Shown one piece after another: positions 51,998-63,716 of a DNA stretch of 64,000 bases. The position numbers were made by a program, and so were the translations under genes. Positions within the stretch are counted from its first letter, which is position 1, and each line of letters begins with the position of its first letter. Under the pieces are notes generated by a model. It worked only from the letters and a program-made list of their open reading frames with translations, was not told the origin of the DNA and did no database searches. The stretch comes from an uncultured delta proteobacterium (GTDB lineage Bacteria > Myxococcota_A > Polyangia > Fen-1088), in the NCBI GenBank assembly GCA_963737265.1, contig CAVTRY010000018.1:192001-256000 (forward strand). The letters run 5' to 3'.

Positions 51998-52188
51998 TTT
52001 CGGCCGAAGCAAACGAAGCAAACAGGGCGTCTTGTCACCGGCGAGACTCTCAGGTACTGTTTGCGCCAGTATTCCACATGTGAATCGGACCCAACCACCG
52101 CGCAGGTGTGGTCGCCACCTGCCATTGCGCTCAGCGAAGGGTCGGACGCTGATCGGAACCGTTCACCAATCCTGCAAGGAGTGTCGGC

Positions 52189-55100
52189 ATGCAAAGGTTT
52201 CCCGGATGGGCAATTTTGATAGTGGGCGCTTCCGGTTGGCTGGTTTCGTGCAGCGGCACGAAGGCTGGGGGAAACGTGCCCGGCACTGGCGGGAGCGGCG
52301 ACGCGGCCGTGGTCGCCACTGGCGGTGCTACCAGCTCGGGCGGACAAACCGGTGCCATGTCCAGCGGTGGAGGCAATAGCAGCGGGGGGAATGGCGGCGG
52401 TGGTGCGTCTTCCGCTGGTGGAAGCTCGGGCAGCGGAGGTACTTCGAGCCTGAGCGGCGGAGGCGCTTCTCCAAGCGGCGGAACCACAGGTGCGGGCGGA
52501 AACGGTGCGGGCGGAAACAGTGCGGGCGGCGGCGGTAGCGGCGGCGCAACCGGCGGCGCAGCTGGTGGCGGAAGTGGCGGCGGAAACGGTGGGGCCAAAG
52601 ACGGTGGCGCCACGACGTCGGCTGGCGTCACCCTAAGCGTGGGAGGCGGCACCTTGAAGATCGAGCTGTGCGCGGACAACGTGATTCGCGTGGCCTTTGC
52701 CAAGAGTGCAGACTTCTTCACCCGGGCCAGCTTGATCACGGCGGCGAAGCAGTGCGTGCCAACCTTGGCCACCGCCACGACCGTCGGCAACCTGACCCAG
52801 ATCGCCACCGACAAGCTGACCGTGCAGGTCGATACAACGACCGGCCAAGTGACCTTCCTCGATCCCACCGGCCAAACCATTTTGGCCGAAAATACTGCCG
52901 GCGGCCGCACCCTGACCGCCGCGACGGTGCAGGGTGAGGCCACCACCAGCGTTCGCCAGGAATGGGCGCCCAACGCCAGCGAGTCGCTCTACGGACTAGG
53001 TCAGCACCAGCACGGTCTTATCGACATCAAGGGTACCGATCTGGATCTGCACCAGTACAACACCGAGGTCTACATTCCCTACCTGGTGTCGAGCAACGGC
53101 TACGGCATCCTGTGGGACAATACCTCGTTCACACGCTTCGGCGATCTGACCGACGCTGTGCCCTTGCCTGGAGCCACCGGTCTCTACGCGACGACCGGCG
53201 TCCCCGGCGATGTCAACCCCGGCAACGGCAATGTGAACTGGACGGGCACGATCACGCCCACGGTGACGGGCGATTACACCTTCCGCACCTACTCGACGAG
53301 CACTGTCCAGCTTAGCGTGAACAACCAAATGGTGATCAATCACTGGCGGCAAAGCTGGCTGCCTAACGAGGACATCGCCCACGTGACCCTCACCGCCGGG
53401 CAAGCGGTGAAAGTGCAGCTGCAATGGATCGGTGAGGGCGTTAACATCATTCGCCTGCTGTGGAAGCCGCCCGTCGCCAACCGCACCACCTCGTTCTGGT
53501 CCCAGGTGGCCGACGGCACCGACTATTACTTCGTGTACGGACCGGAGATCGACGATGTGGTCGCGGGCTACCGGCAGCTGACCGGAAAGGCGACCATGCT
53601 GCCCCGGTGGGCCTACGGGTTCTGGCAATCCCGCGACCACTACCAAACAGCGCAGGATATCACAGGCGTGCTCGATGGCTATCGCAGTCGCAACGCCCCC
53701 ATCGACAACATCGTGCAGGACTGGCAGTACTGGGTGGCCAATCAGTGGGGCTCGCACCAGTTCGATCCGAGCCGTTATCCAGATCCGGCTGGCCTGGTCA
53801 AAACCGTCCACAACACGTACAACGCCCATCTCATGATTTCGGTATGGCCCAAGTTCTACCCCACCACCCAGAACTACAAAGATCTGAACGCCAAGGGCTA
53901 TGTCTACACACCGAACATCACCCAGGGCATCAAGGACTTCCTGGGCAATAATTTCACTTTCTACGATGCATTTAGTTCCGGCGCGCGGACCATGTACTGG
54001 TCGCAGATCAATACGTCGCTGTTCTCTCTGGGCATGGACGCCTGGTGGCTGGACGCAACCGAGCCGGAGGTCGTCGAAGGCCCCTTCACCAGCATCAGCT
54101 CGCAGGTGACGACCAACCAGACCCACATGAATCCGACCGCTCTCGGCTCGGGTTCGCGCATGCTCGACGCATTCGCCCTGGTCAACAGCCAAGCGGTGTA
54201 CGAAGGCCAGCGCTCCACTACCGCCAACCAGCGCGTTTTCACCTTGACCCGAAACGGCTTTGCAGGGCAGCAGCGCTACTCGGCTACGACCTGGTCGGGC
54301 GACATCTCATCGACCTGGACGGCGATGAAGAAGCAGATCCCGGCGGGCCTCGGCTTCGCGGTATCGGGCATGCCGTACTGGACGTTCGATAGTGGCGGGT
54401 ACGCGGTGCCGGCCCGCTTCGCCAATCCTTCCGCAGCAGACACTACCGAATGGCAGGAACTGAACGCCCGCTGGTTCGAGTTTGCGACCTTCCTGCCCAT
54501 CATGCGCGTGCACGGCCAGGCGCCCTACCGCGAGATATGGCAGTTCGGCGGCAACACCAGCTCAGCTTATGCGGCGATGCTCAAGTTCGATAAGCTGCGC
54601 TACAACATGCTTCCCTATGTGTATTCGCTGGCCGGGGCGGTCACCCAGCACGCGGGAACCATGATGCGCCCCCTGGTCATGGACTTCCGCACCGACACCA
54701 CCGCGCGAGAGATCGGGGACGAATACATGTTCGGTCCCGCGTTCCTGGTTGCGCCGGTCACCACCTACCAGGCGACCTCGCGGTCGGTGTATCTGCCAAG
54801 CGCCCCAGGCGGCTGGTACCTCTTCTGGACCGGCGCGACTGCCGCGGGCGGCGCGAGCATCTCCGCCCCAGCCCCGTTCGACGCCATGCCGGTCTACGTG
54901 CGCGCGGGATCGATCGTGCCGCTCGGCCCGGATCTGCAGTACACCGCGGAGAAGCCCGCGGATCCCATTACCTTGTATGTCTACGGCGGTGCCGACGGGG
55001 CCTTCACGCTGTACGAGGATCAGGGGACGACCAATGACTACGAAACCTCGGCATTCACCGAGATAGCTCTCAAGTGGACCGATGCCACCAAGACGCTCAC

Positions 55101-55260
55101 CATCGGGGCGCGCTCGGGTTCATTTACCGGGATGCTCGCCTCGCGCACCTTCCAGGTCGTTCGCATCGCCTCGGGCAAGGCCGTGGGGTACCCCTCAAGC
55201 GCAACGCCGGACAAGACGGTGACCTACACGGGCGCGGCGGTGGACGTCGTGCTGAACTAG
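52189..55260 (+). CDS. GH31 alpha-xylosidase-like lipoprotein with PA14 insertion
   Basis: Lipobox LVSC, Gly-rich linker, YGLGQHQ, PRWAYGFWQS, IVQDWQYW, WWLDATEPE nucleophile, WSGD, MRPLVMDF. Confidence 0.9.
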   Translation: MQRFPGWAILIVGASGWLVSCSGTKAGGNVPGTGGSGDAAVVATGGATSSGGQTGAMSSGGGNSSGGNGGGGASSAGGSSGSGGTSSLSGGGASPSGGTTGAGGNGAGGNSAGGGGSGGATGGAAGGGSGGGNGGAKDGGATTSAGVTLSVGGGTLKIELCADNVIRVAFAKSADFFTRASLITAAKQCVPTLATATTVGNLTQIATDKLTVQVDTTTGQVTFLDPTGQTILAENTAGGRTLTAATVQGEATTSVRQEWAPNASESLYGLGQHQHGLIDIKGTDLDLHQYNTEVYIPYLVSSNGYGILWDNTSFTRFGDLTDAVPLPGATGLYATTGVPGDVNPGNGNVNWTGTITPTVTGDYTFRTYSTSTVQLSVNNQMVINHWRQSWLPNEDIAHVTLTAGQAVKVQLQWIGEGVNIIRLLWKPPVANRTTSFWSQVADGTDYYFVYGPEIDDVVAGYRQLTGKATMLPRWAYGFWQSRDHYQTAQDITGVLDGYRSRNAPIDNIVQDWQYWVANQWGSHQFDPSRYPDPAGLVKTVHNTYNAHLMISVWPKFYPTTQNYKDLNAKGYVYTPNITQGIKDFLGNNFTFYDAFSSGARTMYWSQINTSLFSLGMDAWWLDATEPEVVEGPFTSISSQVTTNQTHMNPTALGSGSRMLDAFALVNSQAVYEGQRSTTANQRVFTLTRNGFAGQQRYSATTWSGDISSTWTAMKKQIPAGLGFAVSGMPYWTFDSGGYAVPARFANPSAADTTEWQELNARWFEFATFLPIMRVHGQAPYREIWQFGGNTSSAYAAMLKFDKLRYNMLPYVYSLAGAVTQHAGTMMRPLVMDFRTDTTAREIGDEYMFGPAFLVAPVTTYQATSRSVYLPSAPGGWYLFWTGATAAGGASISAPAPFDAMPVYVRAGSIVPLGPDLQYTAEKPADPITLYVYGGADGAFTLYEDQGTTNDYETSAFTEIALKWTDATKTLTIGARSGSFTGMLASRTFQVVRIASGKAVGYPSSATPDKTVTYTGAAVDVVLN

Positions 55261-55279
55261 CCCGGATTTCCAGACGGCA

Positions 55280-56572
55280 CTAAATATGCGTGCGAATCAG
55301 CGACTGCACGCCGACCACGACGGCGAGGGCTCGGATCTCGCCGACGGCCTTTTGGAAATCGGATTCGGTGACTTCGTGGGTGAAGATGACCAGCTCGACG
55401 GAGGCGCCGGTCGCTTCTTGCTGCGTGACCGCGCTGATGCTGACGCCGCAATCCCCGAAGATCTTCGTGATGGATGCGAGCACGCCGGGCTGATCCTTGA
55501 CGTCGAGGCGCAGGTAGAACTGGGTTTTGACCTGGCCCATGGGAACTACGGCCTTTTTGCGCGAGCCGAAGTTCATGCGCGGACTGGTGCCGCCGCCGGC
55601 CTGGTGCATGGCCAAATCGATGATGTCGCCCACGATGGCGGACGCCGTCGGCAATTGGCCAGCGCCGCGGCCGTAGAACATGACGTCACCCACGTAGTTG
55701 CCGCGCGCGAAGACGGCGTTGAAGGAATCGCTGACGGCGGCGAGGGGATGGCTTTTCGGGACCATCACGGGATGCACGCGCAGCTCGACATGATCGTTGC
55801 CGTGCGCGGCGCCGATGGCGAGCAACTTGATGACGTAGCCGTAGCTCTTGGCGATGGCGATGTCGCGCGCTGAAATGTTGCGAATGCCCTCGGTGTGGAT
55901 TTCGCGGTAGTCGAAGTAGCTGTCGAAGGCCAGCGACGCGAGGATGGACAGCTTGTAGGCGGCATCGTGGCCGTCCACGTCGGCGGTTGGATCGGCCTCG
56001 GCGTAGCCCAAACGCTGCGCCTCGGCCAGCACGTCGGCGAATTCGGCGCCCTCGCGATCCATCTTGGTCAGGATGAAGTTGGTCGTGCCGTTGACGATGC
56101 CGAGGATCTTCTCGAAACGGTTGGCGGCCAGCGATTGACCGAAGGCGTGAATCACTGGAATGCCACCACACGAGCTGGCCTCGAAATGAAGCGTGACGTT
56201 GTGCTTGCGCGCCAGGGCGAACAGGTGCGGTCCCTGCTTGGCGATGAGCTCTTTGTTGGCCGTCACCACGTGCCTGCCGGAGATAAGAGCAGCCTCGATG
56301 AAGGACTGCGCCGGCTTGGTCCCGCCGATGACTTCCACCACGACGTTGATGTCAGGGTCGGCCAGAAGACTCTTGGCGTCATTCGTCAGCAGCGCTTCGG
56401 GCAGGCCGGTCGACGCACGTTTCGTCGGGTCCAAATCCGCGGCCTTGACGAGCTCGATGGCAACGCCCGTCTTGCGGAACAGATATTCCTTTTCCGCAAC
56501 GAGCAATTTCACGACGCCACTCCCGACGGTTCCGCAGCCGATGACTCCAACCCCTAATTTTGCGTTGGCCAT
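55280..56572 (-). CDS. hom: Homoserine dehydrogenase with ACT domain
   Basis: GCGTVGSG, VVTANK, GIVNGTTNFIL, AEADPTADVDG, DQPGVLA. SD AGGAG. Confidence 0.95.
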   Translation of the reverse strand: MANAKLGVGVIGCGTVGSGVVKLLVAEKEYLFRKTGVAIELVKAADLDPTKRASTGLPEALLTNDAKSLLADPDINVVVEVIGGTKPAQSFIEAALISGRHVVTANKELIAKQGPHLFALARKHNVTLHFEASSCGGIPVIHAFGQSLAANRFEKILGIVNGTTNFILTKMDREGAEFADVLAEAQRLGYAEADPTADVDGHDAAYKLSILASLAFDSYFDYREIHTEGIRNISARDIAIAKSYGYVIKLLAIGAAHGNDHVELRVHPVMVPKSHPLAAVSDSFNAVFARGNYVGDVMFYGRGAGQLPTASAIVGDIIDLAMHQAGGGTSPRMNFGSRKKAVVPMGQVKTQFYLRLDVKDQPGVLASITKIFGDCGVSISAVTQQEATGASVELVIFTHEVTESDFQKAVGEIRALAVVVGVQSLIRTHI

Positions 56573-56759
56573 TCCGATTCTCCTAGTTTTGCCCATCGTG
56601 CGGCAGTTTGGGCGCGCCCGCGGCGAGCCAAGACCTATCGCTCTTTTCGCTCAAGTTCAACCGTTCCGACTAGGTTAGCGCGGCGGGCTGGCCAGTGATT
56701 GCGTAAGAAACTCGGTCGTGCTAAGAAGCCCGAACAGTATAAGGCACACCCAAACGCAG

Positions 56760-56787
56760 GGCGGGCCATCGAGCCCGCCTTTTTTTT
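56760..56787 (+). terminator. Intrinsic terminator/attenuator in the rimP-nusA leader
   Basis: GGCGGGC-CATCGA-GCCCGCC followed by T8, between a TTGCGT-17-TAAGAA promoter-like site (56699) and rimP. Confidence 0.75.
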
Positions 56788-56846
56788 GTCCAAAAACACC
56801 CGACAGCATCCAAAACAAGCAGAGAAACCGGTCAGGTACGAAAAGA

Positions 56847-57446
56847 ATGCGCAAAGAAATCGACGAGCTCTGGAGGCTGCTTGAGCCCCCCATCCAGGGA
56901 GCCGGCCTGGAGCTTGTCGAGCTGCAATGGAACCGCGAAGTCGAAGGCTGGGTGATGCGCGTATTTATCGACCGACCCGAAGGTCCGCAGGTGCCCGGCG
57001 CCGACGACACGGACGCGTCGGTTTTCGGCGCCATGCTGGTAAGCCATGAGGACTGCGAGCGCGTCAGCCACGATCTTTCGGCCACGCTCGACGTGGCGGA
57101 TTGTATACATCACACCTATCGATTGGAGGTCAGTTCACCCGGCATCGACAGACCTTTGCGCCGACAGAGCGATTTTGCGCGATTCGCCGGCGAGAAGGCA
57201 AGAATTAGAACATTAGATCCGGTGGAAGGACGGCGGAACTTTTCCGGCGTTCTTGCCGGCGCCAAGGACGGACAGGTGCAGATTGACTGTGACGGCAGGT
57301 CGTACCAACTGCCCATCACGGCCATCGTGCGTGCCAACCTGATTCCGGACTGGGACGCCGAATTTCACCGGCCAGCAGGGGCTGTCCCCACGGCCCCGAA
57401 AGGCCGCAACCGAGGCCCCCACACGACACCGAGGAGTGCGTCATGA
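56847..57446 (+). CDS. rimP: Ribosome maturation factor RimP
   Basis: [28 protein letters not shown]. Confidence 0.93.
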   Translation: MRKEIDELWRLLEPPIQGAGLELVELQWNREVEGWVMRVFIDRPEGPQVPGADDTDASVFGAMLVSHEDCERVSHDLSATLDVADCIHHTYRLEVSSPGIDRPLRRQSDFARFAGEKARIRTLDPVEGRRNFSGVLAGAKDGQVQIDCDGRSYQLPITAIVRANLIPDWDAEFHRPAGAVPTAPKGRNRGPHTTPRSAS

Positions 57447-58855
57447 GCGACGGTACAAGTCTGAGCCTGGTCCTCGATCAGGTTTCCAAAGATAAGAACA
57501 TCGAACGCAAGATTCTGGTTGAAGCCCTCGAACAGGCCATCCTGACCGCGGCCAAGAAAACCTTCGGCGAAGACCGCGAGATGGAAGCGAAATTCAACGA
57601 GGCGACCGGGCGAGTCGATCTGTCCCAGATCATCGTCGTTGCCGATCCGGTCACCTCGCCGGCGAAGGAGATTACGCTCGAAGAGGCGAACCAGTTCAAC
57701 TTGCAGGCCGATGTCGGCGACGAGTTGCTGTTTCAGATCTTCTACGACGACAAGGATCAGGCCAGGGCCGAGGAGCAAGACGGCAAATACGGGGCGCTGC
57801 TCAAGCTCAACCGAGCGTGGAAGACGTTCGGCCGATTTGCCGCCCAGACCGCAAAGCAGGTCATCTTGCAAAGGGTGCGCGAAGCCGAGCGCGACAATGT
57901 ATTCAACCAGTATCGCGACAAGAAGGGCGAGCTGATCTCGGGCATCGTGCGCCGCTTCGAGCGCGGCAATATCGTGGTCGATCTCGGTGGCCCCGAGGCG
58001 ATCCTGCCGGTGCGCGAGCAGGTGCAGCGGGAATCCTACCGGGCCGGCGACCGCATCGTGGCCTACGTCGTCGACATCGACAAGTCGGCGCGCGGGCCGC
58101 AGATCATCATCTCGCGCGCGCACAAGGGCCTGCTCGAAAAGCTCTTCGAGATGGAGGTCCCGGAAATTTACGACAAGATCGTGCGCGTCGAGGCGTCGGC
58201 GCGTGAAGCCGGGGCGCGCTCGAAGATCGCGGTTCAGTCGCGCGACCGCGACGTGGATCCCGTGGGCGCCTGCGTGGGCATGAAGGGCTCGCGCGTGCAG
58301 GCGGTGGTGCAGGAGCTACGCGGCGAAAAGATCGACATCGTTCCCTACGATCCCGATCCCGCGCGTTTCGTGTGCAACGCCATCGCGCCCGCCGAGGTGT
58401 CACGCGTGCTCATCGACGCCGCCAACCACACCATGCAGCTCATCGTGCCCGACGACAAGCTGTCGCTCGCTATCGGCAAGAAGGGGCAAAACGTTCGGCT
58501 TGCCTCGCAGCTCACCGGCTGGCGAATCGATATCCACTCGGAAAGCAAGGTGCGCGAGATGGAGGATCGGGCGCGCGCCTCGTTGGCGGCGATTCCCGGT
58601 GTGTCCGCCGAATTGGCCGAAACCCTGTTCCGCGCCGATTGGCGTTCGGCGGCCGAGGTGGCCAGAACTGCGCCCGCCGAGCTGGCCGCGATTCCGGGCG
58701 TGGGCTCGGAAGCGGCCGCAGCTCGAATCATCGAGGCTGCCGCTGGCGCCGCCGAGGAGGAGAAGGTCCGCGCCCAGGCCGAGCGTGACGCAGCCGCGGT
58801 GACCGCAGCCGAGGTCGCGGCTGCCGCAGCCGCCCCCATCGAGGAACACGCATGA
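57443..58855 (+). CDS. nusA: Transcription termination factor NusA
   Basis: [37 protein letters not shown]. Confidence 0.97.
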   Translation: MSDGTSLSLVLDQVSKDKNIERKILVEALEQAILTAAKKTFGEDREMEAKFNEATGRVDLSQIIVVADPVTSPAKEITLEEANQFNLQADVGDELLFQIFYDDKDQARAEEQDGKYGALLKLNRAWKTFGRFAAQTAKQVILQRVREAERDNVFNQYRDKKGELISGIVRRFERGNIVVDLGGPEAILPVREQVQRESYRAGDRIVAYVVDIDKSARGPQIIISRAHKGLLEKLFEMEVPEIYDKIVRVEASAREAGARSKIAVQSRDRDVDPVGACVGMKGSRVQAVVQELRGEKIDIVPYDPDPARFVCNAIAPAEVSRVLIDAANHTMQLIVPDDKLSLAIGKKGQNVRLASQLTGWRIDIHSESKVREMEDRARASLAAIPGVSAELAETLFRADWRSAAEVARTAPAELAAIPGVGSEAAAARIIEAAAGAAEEEKVRAQAERDAAAVTAAEVAAAAAAPIEEHA

Positions 58856-58870
58856 CAGAAGGCGAACCTC

Positions 58871-59182
58871 ATGGGGCGCGCGCCCGAACGGACGTGCATC
58901 GGATGCCGGACGGTTTGTCCGGCTTCCGAGCTGGTCCGTCTGATCGCGCCCGATGGCAGGGTTTGCGTGGCACGATTTGGGCCGGGGCAGACCCTTGCGA
59001 ATGGACGCACAGAGAAGCGCGGGCGCGGCGCCTGGGTTCATCCTCGCTGTATGGCCGCCGCCTTGAAGGCCATGGGCCGGGCTTTTCGCCGGCAGGTCGA
59101 GGTTTTGGATCAAAAGACTCTCTTGGCTCAGGTGCATTCTGCATCCGGGCAGTCGATCAACGCGCAGGGTGACTTACGATGA
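58871..59182 (+). CDS. YlxR/DUF448 RNA-binding protein
   Basis: PERTCIGCR...ELVR...GRGAWV, between nusA and infB. Confidence 0.88.
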   Translation: MGRAPERTCIGCRTVCPASELVRLIAPDGRVCVARFGPGQTLANGRTEKRGRGAWVHPRCMAAALKAMGRAFRRQVEVLDQKTLLAQVHSASGQSINAQGDLR

Positions 59183-61935
59183 TTGGAAGCGGATTTGATC
59201 GAAGAGATTCCGGCGCCGACGGGGCCGGCTCCTCCAGCGCGGGCGCGAAGGTTCGCGTCTACGAGTTGGCCAAGGACTGCAATCTGGCACCCAAGGACCT
59301 CGTGGCGAAGATTCGCACGCTCGGCATCGACGTGGCCAACCACATGTCCCATCTCGATGTTGCCGACGCGGATCGCGTCCGGCGCACAATTGAGCGCGAG
59401 CGGCAGGAATCCCTGGTGGAGACGCGTATCAACGACACCGTGATTCGTCGCCGTTCGCGTTTGCCTGCTGGCGCGCCCGCGGTGCGGCCGCAACCGGTCG
59501 CGGTTTCTTCGCCGAGACCCGCCGGACTCCCGCCTTCGCCCACGCCCACGCCTACGCCCGAACCGGCGGTTCCCGCGACGCGCGTCGTGTTCGCGGTGCC
59601 CGAGCCGGATGAACCGGCTCCTCCGGCGGTGGAGCCACCATGTCCCGAGGTCGAGCCAGCCGCACCGGCAGTGGAACCGGTTGTCGTCGCGCCCGCGCCG
59701 GTCGAACCGCTTGCGGCCGAGGCGGTCGCTGCGGAATCGCCCAAGGAAATACCGCCAGAGCGCGCTCCGGCGCCCGTCGCTCCGGCGCCCGCCGCGCCGG
59801 CGCCCGCCGCGCCGGCGTCCGTATTGCCTCCCGTCCAGTACGCCAGGCCGGCAGCGACTCTGCCAGCCGTCACCAAGATCCCCCAGCCGGTCGTCACGGG
59901 CTCGGCTGCCACCGGACAGTTCATCCAGCTTCCGGGCATGCCCGGTCGAGACGGCTCGGTTCCCAAAATCGAAATCACGAATCGCGACGAGGAACTGCGC
60001 CGGCTCGGACGCAGCGGACTGGTTTCGCGCGGTCCGGGCGGGCGCGACTGGCGCACGCCCGGTGGAGCGCCAGGGCAGCGTCCAGGCGGCCCGCCCAGGA
60101 AGAGAGTCGCGGCGGCCGGAAAGAAGACGAAGCAGACCCAGATTACGACGCCAGCCGAACACAAGCGCGTGATTCGCATGGGCGAAACCATTGCGGTGTC
60201 CGACCTCGCGCAAAAGATGGGCGTGAAGAGCAACGAGGTCATCAAGAAGCTGTGGGCGCTCGGTATGATGGGCGTCAACATCAACCAGAGCGTCGACCAG
60301 GACACCGCTGGTTTGATTGCCGGTGAATTCGGCTACCAAATCGAATCGACGGCCTTCCGCGAGGATGAGTTCATCTCCGAGGGACAGACCGACAACCCCG
60401 AGGACTTGGTGCCGCGTGCGCCCGTCATCACGGTCATGGGCCACGTCGATCACGGCAAGACATCGCTGCTCGATGCCATCCGCAAGGCCAACGTCGCCGC
60501 GGGCGAGGCGGGCGGCATCACCCAGCACATCGGCGCCTACAAGGTCCACACCGCGACCGGCGATGTCGTCTTCTTGGATACGCCCGGCCACGAGGCCTTC
60601 ACCGCTATGCGCGCACGCGGCGCCCAGATGACCGACATCGTGGTCATCGTGGTGGCGGCCGAGGAAGGCCCCATGCCGCAAACCATCGAGGCCATCAAGC
60701 ACGCGCAGGCCGCCGAGGTTCCCATCCTGGTGGCCATCAACAAGGTCGACAAGCCCGGCGCCAATCCGGCCGGCGTGCGCACCAAGCTGATGGAGTACGG
60801 ACTCGTGGCCGAGGAGCTGGGCGGCGAAACTATCTACGTCGACGTCTCGGCCAAGACCAAGGTCGGCATCGACAAGCTGCTCGAAATGCTGGCCTTGCAG
60901 GCCGAGGTGCTCGAGCTCAAGGCCAATCCCAACAAGCCGGCGCGCGGCAACGTGGTCGAGGCCCGTCTCGACAGGTCGCGCGGGGCCATCGCCTCAGTGC
61001 TGGTCAAGGAAGGTACCCTGCGGCTCGGCGACCTGGTAGTCGCGGGCGAGGCCTACGGAAAGTTGCGCGCCATGCTCGGCGACAAGGGCCAGATCATCAC
61101 GGAGGCGGGACCGTCGACGCCGGTGGAATTGCTGGGCCTCGAAGGCGTGCCCGACGCGGGCGAGCTGTTCAACGTCGTGACCGATGAGAAGTCGGCCAAG
61201 GCATTGGTCGAACACCGCCGCGAGCAGCGCAAGCGCAAGGAAGCCAGCGCCAACACGCGCGTCTCGCTCGAGAACATCCTCGACCGAATCAAGGAAGGCG
61301 CGGTCAAAGAGGTGCGCATCGTGCTCAAGGCCGATGTGCAGGGATCGGTCGAAGCCATTGCGAATGCGCTTCGTAACCTGTCCACGCCCACCGTCGGCGT
61401 CAGCGTCATTTCGTCCGGGGTCGGTGGCATCACCGAATCGGACGTGACCTTGGCCAAGGCATCGTCGGCCATCGTGATCGGCTTCAACGTTCGTCCCGCC
61501 GGCAAGTCGCGCGCCCTCGCCGATCAAGAAGGCGTGGACATCAAGCTCTACCAAATCATCTACGACGCCATCGACGACGTGAAAAAAGCGATGGTCGGTA
61601 TGCTCGCGCCGGTCATGCGCGAGAAGGTCATCGGCAAGGCCGAGATCCGCCAGGTCTTCCACATCGCCAAGGCCGGCACGGTCGCCGGCTGCACAGTGGT
61701 GGACGGCAAGCTCACGCGCAAGGCCCAGGTTCGCTTGGTGCGAGATTCGGTCGTTGTCTTCACCGGCAAGCTGGCTTCGCTGCGACGATTCAAAGAAGAC
61801 GCCAGCGAGGTTACCAATGGTTACGAGTGTGGCATCACCATCGACGGCTACGGCGACGTGAAGGAACACGACATCATCGAAGCCTTCGAGGTGGAGACCC
61901 TAGCTGCGGTCGCTCGACGCCGCCATCACGGATAA
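59179..61935 (+). CDS. infB: Translation initiation factor IF-2
   Basis: [35 protein letters not shown]. The last few codons may be frameshifted. Confidence 0.97.
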   Translation: MIGSGFDRRDSGADGAGSSSAGAKVRVYELAKDCNLAPKDLVAKIRTLGIDVANHMSHLDVADADRVRRTIERERQESLVETRINDTVIRRRSRLPAGAPAVRPQPVAVSSPRPAGLPPSPTPTPTPEPAVPATRVVFAVPEPDEPAPPAVEPPCPEVEPAAPAVEPVVVAPAPVEPLAAEAVAAESPKEIPPERAPAPVAPAPAAPAPAAPASVLPPVQYARPAATLPAVTKIPQPVVTGSAATGQFIQLPGMPGRDGSVPKIEITNRDEELRRLGRSGLVSRGPGGRDWRTPGGAPGQRPGGPPRKRVAAAGKKTKQTQITTPAEHKRVIRMGETIAVSDLAQKMGVKSNEVIKKLWALGMMGVNINQSVDQDTAGLIAGEFGYQIESTAFREDEFISEGQTDNPEDLVPRAPVITVMGHVDHGKTSLLDAIRKANVAAGEAGGITQHIGAYKVHTATGDVVFLDTPGHEAFTAMRARGAQMTDIVVIVVAAEEGPMPQTIEAIKHAQAAEVPILVAINKVDKPGANPAGVRTKLMEYGLVAEELGGETIYVDVSAKTKVGIDKLLEMLALQAEVLELKANPNKPARGNVVEARLDRSRGAIASVLVKEGTLRLGDLVVAGEAYGKLRAMLGDKGQIITEAGPSTPVELLGLEGVPDAGELFNVVTDEKSAKALVEHRREQRKRKEASANTRVSLENILDRIKEGAVKEVRIVLKADVQGSVEAIANALRNLSTPTVGVSVISSGVGGITESDVTLAKASSAIVIGFNVRPAGKSRALADQEGVDIKLYQIIYDAIDDVKKAMVGMLAPVMREKVIGKAEIRQVFHIAKAGTVAGCTVVDGKLTRKAQVRLVRDSVVVFTGKLASLRRFKEDASEVTNGYECGITIDGYGDVKEHDIIEAFEVETLAAVARRRHHG

Positions 61936-61980
61936 GTCCGGCCGCCGCTAGTATGCGGCGGTCGCGCACCGTCTCCTTCC

Positions 61981-62304
61981 ATGACCGTCGGAATTGCGCG
62001 CCTGACGCTGTTCTTGCCCAACTCGCATTCGCTCAAAGAAAAGCGCATGGTTCTTCGCCGGATCAAGGACCGCGCGCGGCAGAAATTCAACCTCAGCATC
62101 GCCGAGGTTGGCGACAACGACCTGTGGCAGCGCGTGGTTCTGGGCGTGGCGCTCGTGGGCAATGACCGGCGCTTCGTCGAGTCGGCGCTGGACGAGATCG
62201 TCCGTTTCGTGCGTGACGAGGCCGAGGTAACCAATGTCGAACGCGAGCTACAGACCTTCAACGACGCTTTGGCCGAAAACGATCTAGGATTCACCCCACG
62301 ATGA
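61981..62304 (+). CDS. DUF503 (YlxP) protein
   Basis: SHSLKEKR...FNLSIAEV...DLWQR. Confidence 0.92.
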   Translation: MTVGIARLTLFLPNSHSLKEKRMVLRRIKDRARQKFNLSIAEVGDNDLWQRVVLGVALVGNDRRFVESALDEIVRFVRDEAEVTNVERELQTFNDALAENDLGFTPR

Positions 62305-62695
62305 CCCAACGAACCGAACGCGTGGCTGGCGAAATCCGGGAAATCCTGGGCGAGATCGTCGTGCACCAGGAAATCAAGGATCCACGCGTGCGCAGCGCCG
62401 GAATCATTACCTTCACCCATGTTCGCGTGTCGGGCGACTTGCGCCAGGCCAGGGCGTTTTTCACCGCTCACGGCCTCGACGACGAAAGCCTCGGGCGCGT
62501 ACGCCAGGGCCTGACCAGCGCCGCCGGCTACATGCGGCGGCGAATCGCGGAACGGTTGCGCCTGAAGAGCACGCCGGCGCCTGACCTTCGAGGTGGACCA
62601 GCGTGTTCGAGCAGGAGGCGCACATCGACGCTCTTTTGCGCCAAGTGGCCACGACCGAGCCGAGTGAAAGCGACTCGGGCAAGAAGAGCGATTGA
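62301..62695 (+). CDS. rbfA: 30S ribosome-binding factor RbfA, two apparent single-base insertions (about 62580 and 62600-62607)
   Basis: RTERVAGEIRE, IKDPRV, then TPA/LTFEVD/EQEAHIDALL ending at TGA 62693-95, overlapping the truB start. Confidence 0.85.
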
Positions 62696-63597
62696 GTATC
62701 ATCGTCATCGACAAGCCGACCGGGCCGAGCTCGTTTTCCGTGGTTTGGCGCGTGCGTTCGCTGCTGGGCAGGCCGCGCGAGAAGGTGGGACACGGCGGAA
62801 CGCTCGATCCGTTCGCGAGTGGGGTTTTGCCCATCTGCTTCGGCGAGGCAACCAAGATCCTCACCTTTCTGCTCGACGCGGACAAGTCCTACGAGGCGGT
62901 GGTGCGTTTTGGCGTCGAGACCGATACCCTCGACGTCACAGGGCAGACCGTCGCGGAGCATGCGACGGCTGGCCTGTCGACGGCGGCGATCGAAGCCGCC
63001 GTGGAGCCGTTCTGCGGCCCCATCGAACAGGTGCCGCCCATGTATTCGGCGCTGAAACGCGACGGCCGGCCACTTTATGCCTACGCCCGCGCGGGACAGA
63101 CGGTGGAGCGCAAGGCGCGCAAGGTGACGATTCATGAGCTTACGTTGCTGGACTTTGAAGCACCCGACCGCGCCCGCCTGCGCATTCGCTGCTCCAAGGG
63201 CACGTACATTCGGTCGCTGGCTGCCGACTTGGGACAGCGATTGGGCGTCGGGGCACACCTTGTCGAGCTTCGCCGGACGGCCTCGGGCCCGTTCAGCTTG
63301 GAGCGAGCCATCACGCTCGATGATCTAGATGCGCGCATTTCCGACAAACAGCCGCTGCCGCTGTTGTCGCTGCTGGAGGCACTGGCCCACCTCCCGACCG
63401 CGCCCGTCGACCAGAGCCAGGCCCTCGTGCTTGAGCGCGGACAGCGCATGGACTGGGCGGCGCTCTGCCAAGGGCGCGATCTCAGCGGGCCGGTGTGCGC
63501 GGTTTACCAGGGAGAAAACGGGCCGTCGCTGGTCGCCGTGGTCGCGCAAGGACGCGAAGGCAACGTGAAGATCCTGCGTGGCTTCAGTAAGGCGTAG
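62692..63597 (+). CDS. truB: tRNA pseudouridine(55) synthase
   Basis: DKPTG, KVGHGGTLDPFASG, QVPPMYSALK, CSKGTYIRSL. Confidence 0.96.
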   Translation: MSIIVIDKPTGPSSFSVVWRVRSLLGRPREKVGHGGTLDPFASGVLPICFGEATKILTFLLDADKSYEAVVRFGVETDTLDVTGQTVAEHATAGLSTAAIEAAVEPFCGPIEQVPPMYSALKRDGRPLYAYARAGQTVERKARKVTIHELTLLDFEAPDRARLRIRCSKGTYIRSLAADLGQRLGVGAHLVELRRTASGPFSLERAITLDDLDARISDKQPLPLLSLLEALAHLPTAPVDQSQALVLERGQRMDWAALCQGRDLSGPVCAVYQGENGPSLVAVVAQGREGNVKILRGFSKA

Positions 63598-63716
63598 CCA
63601 CGCGCCCCGCGTTCGCTCGCGAAGTGCAGCCCGACGAAGACCTTGGCCGCGATAATCAGACAGACACTTTTGCTCCGACCTCGTAGCCAGTCACGGACGC
63701 GAGAACTGCGAGCATG

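Noticed and set aside
59764-59817. 15-bp repeats in infB and Gly-rich repeats in the GH31 and lipoprotein linkers
   Set aside because: Ordinary low-complexity linker coding.
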